64,000 nt of DNA. Origin: Candidatus Spongiisociaceae bacterium. GTDB lineage: Bacteria; Actinomycetota; Acidimicrobiia; Spongiisociales; Spongiisociaceae. The position numbers and the translations under genes are program-made. The notes beneath the pieces were generated by a model. The model was not told where the DNA came from, did no database searches, and saw nothing but the letters and a program-made list of their open reading frames with translations. The stretch lies in assembly GCA_965219685.1 (NCBI GenBank), contig CBDCOH010000002.1, positions 896,001 to 960,000 of the forward strand, in the 5' to 3' direction. Numbering within the stretch: position 1 is the stretch's first letter; each line of letters starts with the position of its first letter. Below, piece after piece: positions 9,562 through 16,381 of the stretch.

Positions 9562-9987
9562 TTAGTGCACGCCTGCGCTGGTGAGCCGAACCACCCGGGG
9601 AGCTCCGGGCCCGCGGGTCGGGGTGCGCGCTGGCCCGTCCGCGCCGTCCAGCAACCCGTACTTCGCAACCAGGTGCAGGTAGTCGCGCTGGTAGAGGATC
9701 CTGATGCTTATCTCCGGATACAGCTCGCGGAGACGGCGAACCTTGCGGTTCTTCTTGGTGACCAGCTTCTGGTTCATCGTCGTTATCTCGATGTAGGTGT
9801 CCTCCGCCGGGAGGTAGAAGTCAGGGGTGAAAAGTTTGGTCGGTCGGCCTTCGTGGTCCCACTGGACAGGGAATGAGCGTGGCTCGTACTCCCATGCGAC
9901 GCCGTAGAAGTCAAGTAGCCGAGCGAGGTGAAGTTCGCTCTCGTGGGCGAAGCCCGCCAGGGCCGTCGAACGGGCGTGGGGGGTCAG
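9562..9987 (-). CDS. Conserved hypothetical protein with PD-(D/E)XK-like nuclease motif; probable CTG start
   Basis: Manual translation extends the tracked 71-aa ORF upstream: FAHESELHLARLLDFYGVAWEYEPRSF...FTPDFYLPAEDTYIEITTMNQKLVTKKNRK. No ATG/GTG/TTG lies between this block and the in-frame TGA at 10057-10059; CTG 9987-9985 overlaps the upstream TGA. Confidence 0.75.
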   Translation of the reverse strand: MTPHARSTALAGFAHESELHLARLLDFYGVAWEYEPRSFPVQWDHEGRPTKLFTPDFYLPAEDTYIEITTMNQKLVTKKNRKVRRLRELYPEISIRILYQRDYLHLVAKYGLLDGADGPARTPTRGPGAPRVVRLTSAGVH

Positions 9988-10502
9988 GTTGCCGTGGCCT
10001 CCGCTTCGGTTTCTACTTCCGCCGGCCGAGCCCGGGTCGGGAACAGCTCCAGGATCTCACCTTCCAGGTCCCGCTGGACCTGTCCGACCGCGATGGCGAA
10101 CACGCCCTGGCCGCGGCGGAGTATGTCCATCAGGTACTGCTGCGTCTCGTCGGAGTTGTCGCTCGTCCAGATGTCTATGCCGTCGGATAGCAACGTCGAG
10201 TCCTTGAGGGGATCCTGCTCGTCTATCTCGGACCGCAGCCATTCGATCGCCTTGCGTATCTTGGCCAGGCTGATGCCCGTGTCGCGCAGCCGCTTGATCA
10301 CTCGCAACTGTACGAGATCGGTGTACGAGTAGAGCCGCTGGGTGCCAGAACCGCGGGCGGCCCGGAGGGATGGCATGAGAAGACCCGTCCGTGCCCAGTG
10401 ATCGAGTTGCCGGTAAGTGATCCCCACCAGCTTGCATACCTGGGGAGCCCGGTAGCCGTTGCGGTCCGCTTGATCCCCCTCACCGGTGATCGGTTTACCC
10501 AT
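9984..10502 (-). CDS. MerR family regulator (Rv1830/McdR-like)
   Basis: GYRAPQVCKLVGITYRQLDHWARTGLL.PS...GSGTQRLYSY.D...GQGVFAIAV. Confidence 0.93.
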   Translation of the reverse strand: MGKPITGEGDQADRNGYRAPQVCKLVGITYRQLDHWARTGLLMPSLRAARGSGTQRLYSYTDLVQLRVIKRLRDTGISLAKIRKAIEWLRSEIDEQDPLKDSTLLSDGIDIWTSDNSDETQQYLMDILRRGQGVFAIAVGQVQRDLEGEILELFPTRARPAEVETEAEATAT

Positions 10503-10663
10503 CAATCGTCCTCCTGGCTCGATGCACGGCGGGTTGCTCGCTTCAACCCGCCACTCCTGAAAACCGACCACGGTCGGGCGAGGGCTTACAGCGTCGTAAT
10601 TACACCCTGGTCAGAGCGAACGATAGACGATCAGGCCGCAACTATCAACGGTTTCTGTGGAAA

Positions 10664-10705
10664 ACTGGTGACTGGTGACTGGTGACTGGTGACTGGTGAC
10701 TGGTG
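10664..10705 (+). repeat. Heptamer tandem repeat (ACTGGTG)x6
   Basis: Six perfect copies, followed by GCCCGG. Confidence 0.97.
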
Positions 10706-10756
10706 GCCCGGCGCTGTAAGCGCGTCCTGGGTCTTGGGTGCTTACCCATGTGGGCC

Positions 10757-11095
10757 TCAATGGCCCAGGAGGATCCGGGTTACTCGCTGAACCTGTTGGC
10801 TTGCAGCAGGTCCCACGACACCTAGGCGGCGAACGAGGCGACCCCGATTGACCGATCGGATAAGTTCACACTGGGCGAAGCTGGTGTGTTTCAGGCCGGT
10901 GGCGGTGTTCGGATCGATTTCGACATGGAGTGACAGGCCGCGATCGGTGGTCGTCAGAGGAACGATGATCGCGAACGGAAACCCACTACCGAACGTGTGT
11001 GGTGGACCCACTACGAGCGCGGGCCGACACCACGCCGGTTCCCCGGGATACGGATCACCGAAGTCGACCAACCAGAGTTCATCAACCGATGCCAT
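10757..11095 (-). CDS. Type II TA toxin, MazF/PemK family
   Basis: ELWLVDFG...GEP...RPALVV...IIVPLTT...SFAQCELIRSV...RL...LG. Confidence 0.92.
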   Translation of the reverse strand: MASVDELWLVDFGDPYPGEPAWCRPALVVGPPHTFGSGFPFAIIVPLTTTDRGLSLHVEIDPNTATGLKHTSFAQCELIRSVNRGRLVRRLGVVGPAASQQVQRVTRILLGH

Positions 11096-11318
11096 CGGCC
11101 ACATGGGTAGCTTCCGCCTCGTCCAGATAGGCGGTCCATGCTGCTTCGTCCTTCCGAAGTTCCTCGAGTTCTCGAACCACGCGCTTGGCGAAGCGCTGGC
11201 GACTCAGCGCCTCCGCGGCATCGCGAACCGTCTGCCCGACGGATGTCCCGGCTAGTTTGCTCATCCGCACCAAGCGCGCGTGAGTTTCCCTATCTACTCG
11301 AATCGTCGTGCTATCCAT
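11082..11318 (-). CDS. Type II TA antitoxin (ribbon-helix-helix-like)
   Basis: MDSTTIRVDRETHARL N-terminus, acidic C-terminus ending ADGIG; overlaps the toxin start. Confidence 0.85.
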   Translation of the reverse strand: MDSTTIRVDRETHARLVRMSKLAGTSVGQTVRDAAEALSRQRFAKRVVRELEELRKDEAAWTAYLDEAEATHVADGIG

Positions 11319-11329
11319 AGTGCGGCTCA

Positions 11330-11350
11330 AGTATATGTCTTGTAGACGTA
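11330..11350 (-). promoter_or_regulatory. TA promoter -10 box and candidate operator
   Basis: TATACT on the minus strand (11330-11335) overlapping the imperfect inverted repeat TATGTCT-tgt-AGACGTA (11334-11350). Confidence 0.5.
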
Positions 11351-11507
11351 GTTGTATAGGCCGGAACTCAGTTGTGGATGAAATGGCGTACACCGATCGA
11401 GGCGAGATCGCTCAGCGCCGAGGGATGTCTTGGCCTCGGCCGCCGGACCGCGTTCCCGTCGCATAGATTCTGGTCATGCGGATCAAGGCCAATGGACGAT
11501 GGGTAAC

Positions 11508-11535
11508 CCTGGCGCCTGGCGCCCGGCGCCTGGCA
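11508..11535 (+). repeat. Degenerate heptamer repeat (CCTGGCG)x4
   Basis: cctggcg cctggcg cccggcg cctggca. Confidence 0.85.
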
Positions 11536-11610
11536 ACGTGGAAGGCGTTCACTGCGTCGTCCGCCGCCTCCGCCGCCCCTCGGCGTAACCCCAGACCCAA
11601 ACGGTGCTAC

Positions 11611-11693
11611 GGAGGATGGTGTAATCCAATCTAATGGTAACTACCGATTGCCGGCTATAGACTACAGACTAACGACTAGCAACTAATCATCTA
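11611..11693 (-). repeat. AT-rich TAG-heptamer element, copy A (inverted homolog of 14257-14341)
   Basis: Minus strand: tagatgat|tagttgc|tagtcgt|tagtctg|tagtcta|tagccgg|caatcgg|tagttac|cattaga...accatcctcc. Confidence 0.75.
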
Positions 11694-11703
11694 AGCATAC
11701 CGG

Positions 11704-11931
11704 CTACTCGACTGTGACCACGTCCGTGAACGGGGAACAGCCGGCCTTGTTGCATGCCCGGGCCTTCCAGCTGGTGCGGTACAGGCCGAGGAGGCCTCGG
11801 TTGGGATCGATGTCGAAGGACTGGGCTTCCAGCGGAGCGTTGACATATACGAGCAACTCGAACGAGCTGTCGGGGTGGGAGCCCTTCCAGAGTTCATAGT
11901 AGGTTGCCTCTTCCACTGCATCCCAGGTCAC
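11704..11931 (-). pseudogene. Fibronectin type III-like domain fragment
   Basis: TWDAVEEATYYELW...KARACNKAGCSPFT matches the Fn3 pattern. No signal peptide, first strand missing, in-frame stop at 11950-11952. Confidence 0.55.
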
Positions 11932-11987
11932 GTTTCCGACACACCGACATCACTCAGGCCACTGGCTCGTGGCTGGTGAAGGGCCAA

Positions 11988-12473
11988 TCAGGTCTTGAAG
12001 TCTTCCGGAGTCAGGTCTTCGAGGAACTCCCTGAAGCGTTCGACCTCGGCTTCCTGCTCCTCGTCCTTTATCTCGATGCCGGCGTCGTCCAGTACCTGGG
12101 GAGTGGCGTAGAGGGGGGCGCCGGTCCGAGCCGCAAGGGCGATCGCGTCCGACGGCCGGGAACTGACATGGTGCTCCTCGTCGTTCTGGTTGAGGACCAG
12201 GTCCGCGTAGTAGACGCTGTCGCGTAGCTCGGTGACGGTCACCCGCGCTACCTGGGCTCCGAGCACCTCGGTAGTTATCCGTAGCAGGTCGTGGGTGAAG
12301 GGTCGCGGTGTGGTCACGCCTTCGAGTGCGTACGCGATGGCGGTCGCCTCCATCGCCCCGATCCATATCGCCAGATAACGCTTACCACGGGTCTCGCGAA
12401 GCAACACGATCGGTTGGTTGGTGGGGTACTCGATCCGCACCCCGATCAGATCCATCGGAACCGTGTCGCTCAT
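11988..12473 (-). CDS. Bifunctional nuclease family protein (DUF151, Rv1829-like)
   Basis: GVRIE.P.NQPIVLL, IWIG..EA.AI, RPFTHDL, SRPSDAIALA, EVERFREFL....PEDF. Confidence 0.95.
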   Translation of the reverse strand: MSDTVPMDLIGVRIEYPTNQPIVLLRETRGKRYLAIWIGAMEATAIAYALEGVTTPRPFTHDLLRITTEVLGAQVARVTVTELRDSVYYADLVLNQNDEEHHVSSRPSDAIALAARTGAPLYATPQVLDDAGIEIKDEEQEAEVERFREFLEDLTPEDFKT

Positions 12474-12493
12474 GGAGTGAGACTATCACCACC

Positions 12494-13048
12494 TCAAGGG
12501 TGCGCAAGCGACAGCAGGGCCGAAGGGTCGGCATCGAACCGTTCGAAGTCGAGGATTGCCCACAGGGATCGGAGGTTTCGCCATCGGCCCTTCCAGTCGA
12601 GTCCGTATCCCACCAGGAATTCGTCACCCACCTCGAAGCCCCGGTAGCCGATCTCGAGGTCGACGATCCGCCGCGACGTTCTGTCGAGGAGCGCCACAGT
12701 CTGCAGGCTTGCGCAGTTGCGGGCCTCGAGCGTCCGGCACAGGAGTTGGTGGGTGAGTCCGGTGTCGACGATGTCCTCCACGATGAGTACGTGGCGATCC
12801 TCCAGGTTGGTGGCGGTGTCCATCGCCAGGCGGACGCGGCCACCGTGACCGAACCGCGTCAGAGCCAGGAAGTCGGTCTCGCAGTCGATCGCGATCCCGC
12901 GCACCAGGTCGGCATGGAAGACCAGGGAGCCCGAGAGAACGCACACCAGGACGGGGCGGAGTCCCCGGTAGTCATGGCTGATGCGCTCGCCCAACTCGGT
13001 GACCCGTGTCTCGATGTCCCGCTCTGGCACCACCTCGGTGGCGATCAT
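12494..13048 (-). CDS. hpt: Hypoxanthine phosphoribosyltransferase
   Basis: VLIVEDIVDTG PRPP loop; FLVGYGLD...WRNL. Confidence 0.9.
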   Translation of the reverse strand: MIATEVVPERDIETRVTELGERISHDYRGLRPVLVCVLSGSLVFHADLVRGIAIDCETDFLALTRFGHGGRVRLAMDTATNLEDRHVLIVEDIVDTGLTHQLLCRTLEARNCASLQTVALLDRTSRRIVDLEIGYRGFEVGDEFLVGYGLDWKGRWRNLRSLWAILDFERFDADPSALLSLAHP

Positions 13049-14196
13049 CGGCCGGCCAGCCTGGCTGTGATCCAGTCCCAGTAGCGCACGCTCCAGGTGA
13101 GTACGTCCTCGACGCCTGGAAGCTCTGATCGCCGCTCGACCTCTATCACCTCGACGGAGGCGGGTTCCTCCTCCGGAACCGGATCCGGTGGTGGCTCGGC
13201 TGCCGGCACGAGGGCAGCACCGTTGCCCTCGACCGCCACCTCAGGCTCCGGAGCGATCAACAGCTCGAAACTGCCCTCGGTCGGCGGTCCGATCCCGCTG
13301 ATCAGGGGTCTAGGGGCGGTGGAGGCGACGGGTACGAGGGTCATGGCGCCGAATTCGGCGAATCCGTAGTCCAAGAGGGCAGTGGCGTCCGCGAAGTGGT
13401 CGTCGGAACCCAGTACCACCGCGTAGAGGCGCCTCCGGTCGCGCTCCGCCGCTGCAACCAGAGTGAGAAGCGCCTGGTTCGTGTAGCCCGTCTTGACACC
13501 GATGGCTCCGGGGTAGCTGCCCAGAAGTTCGTTGCGGTTGATCGCCACCCTCGGCTCGCCGTCCGGGTCGGCCGGGAGGTTGGCGCTGCGGGCCTCGACG
13601 AGCCTGGCGAAGTCCGGGTCGTCCATCGCGGCCAGCGTAACGGTGAGGAGGTCACGGGCCGAGCTGTAGTGGTCGGGGTGGTCGAGGCCGTGAGGGTTGA
13701 CGAAACTCGTGTTGCCTAGACCCAACTCCGCGGCCTTGGCGTTCATGAGTCCGGCGAACCCGGCGACCGTACCTCCAACGTGTTCGGCCAGCGCTACCGC
13801 GGCGTCGTTGGCACTCTGAAGGAGCAATGCCGCCAGCAGGTCCTCGACGGTCCACGGTAGCTCCCCGGGGACCAGGCCGATTTCGGATTCCCCCGCCAGG
13901 TCGGCTCGTGAGGTTATCTCCACCGTCGCATCCGGTTCGGCCTGCTCGATCACCACGAGGGCGGTCATGATCTTGGTCGTTGACGCCACCGCCCGCCGCA
14001 TGTCGGGACTGTTCGCGGCCAGGACATGGCCGAAGGTGTCGTCGTACAGTATCCACGCCTTCGCCGTCACCTCGGGCGGCGGAGGCGCCAGCAGTCCGTC
14101 TTCGGGAGGCAGGGTGGCCCAGCCGCGGGGAGTACCACCCATGGGGGCGACGAAGATGGCCAGCACCACCAGGAACAGTGCTACGAGACGTCGCAT
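13045..14196 (-). CDS. D-alanyl-D-alanine carboxypeptidase (peptidase S11)
   Basis: Signal peptide, ASTTK (SxxK), SANDA (SxN), NPHGLD, VKTGYT. Confidence 0.93.
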   Translation of the reverse strand: MRRLVALFLVVLAIFVAPMGGTPRGWATLPPEDGLLAPPPPEVTAKAWILYDDTFGHVLAANSPDMRRAVASTTKIMTALVVIEQAEPDATVEITSRADLAGESEIGLVPGELPWTVEDLLAALLLQSANDAAVALAEHVGGTVAGFAGLMNAKAAELGLGNTSFVNPHGLDHPDHYSSARDLLTVTLAAMDDPDFARLVEARSANLPADPDGEPRVAINRNELLGSYPGAIGVKTGYTNQALLTLVAAAERDRRRLYAVVLGSDDHFADATALLDYGFAEFGAMTLVPVASTAPRPLISGIGPPTEGSFELLIAPEPEVAVEGNGAALVPAAEPPPDPVPEEEPASVEVIEVERRSELPGVEDVLTWSVRYWDWITARLAGR

Positions 14197-14256
14197 TAGG
14201 AGGGTGTCGAAGGCCCCCGTGCAAAGGGGTTCGCCCGGTAGTTCACACTTTCAGAC

Positions 14257-14341
14257 TAGATGATCAGTTCCTAGGCAGTAGTCTATAGAGGCTAGTTGAT
14301 AACCGGTGGTTAGCGTGAGATCAGGTCAGTTACCATCCTCC
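14257..14341 (+). repeat. AT-rich TAG-heptamer element, copy B
   Basis: tagatgat|cagttcc|taggcag|tagtcta|tagaggc|tagttga|taaccgg|tggttag|cgtgaga...accatcctcc; colinear with the reverse complement of 11611-11693. Confidence 0.75.
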
Positions 14342-14366
14342 CAAGTTGCAGATGTTTAGCACAGCG

Positions 14367-14414
14367 TCACCATTCACCATTCACCATTCACCATTCACCA
14401 TTCACCATTCACCA
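14367..14414 (-). repeat. Heptamer tandem repeat (TCACCAT)x~7, i.e. (ATGGTGA)n on the minus strand
   Basis: Six perfect copies plus one partial, abutting the stop codon at 14416-14418. Confidence 0.97.
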
Positions 14415-14415
14415 C

Positions 14416-15111
14416 TCAGTCCTCGTCGAGGATTGTCCTCAGCTCCGCGAGGAACAGCAGGTCGTTGAGTCGACGCAGCGCTTCGACACCTCTCCTGGTG
14501 GTTTCCGCAGCATGTCTCCGGGCTTCGGGGCTGCGGTTCCGCCGCATGGCGACCGTGAGTCCCCCGATCAACTCGATGTGGCGGACGGCCGCGTTGCGGA
14601 TCATGCGCAGATGACGGGGTTCCAATCCTTGATCGATGAGCGCCCTGCACTGGCGTGCAATCGCCAGATCCCGATTCGTGAACCTGGGGATCCCGTGCTC
14701 TTCCCTGGGCCTGATCAGGTTGTGGCTCACCAACTGGCGGATCTGTTTCCTCGAGAGATCCGCCTGAGCAGCGATGTCCTGGAGTTCCAAGACGTGGTCG
14801 TCCGGCGCGGAGCCGGCTTCCGACCCCTCGGTTTCCGGTTCCTCGATGACAGGGGCTGGCCCCTGCGACCATTCGGCCAGTTGCGACTTGATCACCTTCA
14901 GCGGGAGGAAGTGGTCGCGCTGCCGCTGGAGTATGAACCGGAGCCGCTCTATGTCCTCCGGGCTGAATTGCCGGTAGCCCGCCGGTGACCTGGCCGGCCG
15001 GATCATCCCGCGCGACTCCAGAAACCGTACCTTGGACGTGGTGAGGTCGGGGAACTCCTCCCTGAGCAGGTCGGTGACCCTACCGATCGAGACGGAGGGG
15101 GCGTCGTTCAT
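14416..15111 (-). CDS. MerR family regulator (FtsR/Rv1828-like)
   Basis: SIG.V...L..EFPDLT.SKVRFLE..G.I.P.R...GYR.F...QRDHFLPLKVIK; second domain GLEPRHLR; ATG overlaps the FHA gene stop. Confidence 0.92.
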   Translation of the reverse strand: MNDAPSVSIGRVTDLLREEFPDLTTSKVRFLESRGMIRPARSPAGYRQFSPEDIERLRFILQRQRDHFLPLKVIKSQLAEWSQGPAPVIEEPETEGSEAGSAPDDHVLELQDIAAQADLSRKQIRQLVSHNLIRPREEHGIPRFTNRDLAIARQCRALIDQGLEPRHLRMIRNAAVRHIELIGGLTVAMRRNRSPEARRHAAETTRRGVEALRRLNDLLFLAELRTILDED

Positions 15112-15545
15112 CGACCCCGTGCCACGAGCAGATGGAAGGTCCCGATCATCAGGCGGTCGCCGGGTTTGAGCGAGGACTTCTCGACTAGTCGGTCGTTGAC
15201 GTAGCTGCCGTTGGTGGAACCCAGATCCTTGAGGGACAGGCCGCTGGAATCGAGTTCGATCCGGCAATGCCGCCTGGAGACCGTGATGTGATCCAGGGCC
15301 ACATCGCTGTACGGGTGCCGACCCACCCGGGTGATTCCGGGAGCCAGCAGCCAGGTCCGGCCGGCTTGCTGGCCCTTGTGGACCACGAGGGCGTACGCGG
15401 GGGTGCCCGACAGGTCCGGCCCCTCCTCGGCGATGGTCCGTTCCGGCTCACGATGCGTGGCCCCGGGATCGAGCACCATTGTGGCGTCTGTGTCACCGGC
15501 GTTCTGAACGACAGGCTCGTTAGATTGGGGATCGTTGGCTGGCAT
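15108..15545 (-). CDS. FHA domain protein (GarA/OdhI-like)
   Basis: GRHP.SD..LD..TVSRRH, DLGSTNGSYVN; N-terminal DTDATM segment; conserved position upstream of the MerR gene. Confidence 0.88.
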   Translation of the reverse strand: MPANDPQSNEPVVQNAGDTDATMVLDPGATHREPERTIAEEGPDLSGTPAYALVVHKGQQAGRTWLLAPGITRVGRHPYSDVALDHITVSRRHCRIELDSSGLSLKDLGSTNGSYVNDRLVEKSSLKPGDRLMIGTFHLLVARGR

Positions 15546-15572
15546 GTGACGATTGTAGTTGTGTATGAAGTG

Positions 15573-15600
15573 AATCCGACGCCCTTTTGGCCGTCGGATG
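15573..15600. terminator. Hairpin upstream of the FHA gene
   Basis: ATCCGACG-gcc-aaaa-ggg-CGTCGGAT on the minus strand. Confidence 0.4.
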
Positions 15601-15766
15601 ACCACCTGTTCCTTGCGCATGAGTTGTTGTGTCGGAGAAGCCCCCACTCCTTTGTCGCGGACGGGACTACTTCGACTCCATAGGGGTCTCCTTTGCTTCT
15701 GGAACTACCCGACGGAGACCATGAATGCGCGCCGACGACGATGCCCTACGCTGACGAAGCGCACCC

Positions 15767-16381
15767 CTACCCGTCGGAGCGTCGGGCGCGGTGCTGCTGT
15801 ACCGAACGGCGCATGTCGCCCGCGTACTGCCAGGAGACGATCAGGTACAGGATCAGGCCCGTGACTCCCGTCGCTGCTCCCAGCAACTGCCAGAAGCCCG
15901 GGAAGAAGCCGGTATGGGCCAGGTAGTAGAACGGCACCGCACAGAAGACGAAGACGGTGGCGGCCTTGCCGAGTTGGCGTACGGCGACCTTGATCCGCAG
16001 AGTGACCAATAGGTACAGGGCCACGGCGCCTATTGCGGCCTCCCGGGCCAGGAGCGGCCAACCCAGCCACGGAGGAACTACCCCGGCGGCGAGTCCCCCG
16101 ATCACCGACGACGCCACTACCAGGCGGTCGGCGAGCGGATCCAGGAACTTGCCTATCTCCGAGACCTGGTCCAGTTTGCGGGCCAACCACCCGTCGAGGT
16201 AGTCCGTCCAGGCGATCACGCCGAGCATCACGGCGGCCAGGCCGGGATTGTCCCGCCCTAGCAGCACCCACAGGAACAGCGGGATGGCGGCGATGCGGAG
16301 AGCTGAGATCAGGTTGGGGACGGTCCAGAGCCCTCGGTCGGTATCCAGGCTGGAGGGGGACGCTGCCTCGTCGGTTCTCAG
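15767..16381 (-). CDS. CDP-alcohol phosphatidyltransferase (PgsA2/cardiolipin synthase-like)
   Basis: WTVPNLISALR, DYLDGWLAR...SEIGKFLDPLADR. Start is either CTG 16381 (behind AAGGAG) or TTG 16411. Confidence 0.92.
   Translation of the reverse strand: MRTDEAASPSSLDTDRGLWTVPNLISALRIAAIPLFLWVLLGRDNPGLAAVMLGVIAWTDYLDGWLARKLDQVSEIGKFLDPLADRLVVASSVIGGLAAGVVPPWLGWPLLAREAAIGAVALYLLVTLRIKVAVRQLGKAATVFVFCAVPFYYLAHTGFFPGFWQLLGAATGVTGLILYLIVSWQYAGDMRRSVQQHRARRSDG

Noticed and set aside
14208-14218. GAAGGCCCCC-like motif upstream of both ACCATTC arrays (also near 52199 and 7530)
   Set aside because: A 10-bp GC-rich match at inconsistent spacing; not supportable without a genome-wide count.
10664-14414. 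Short repeat arrays as a possible CRISPR
   Set aside because: The units are 7 bp with no unique spacers, and there are no cas genes in the window.
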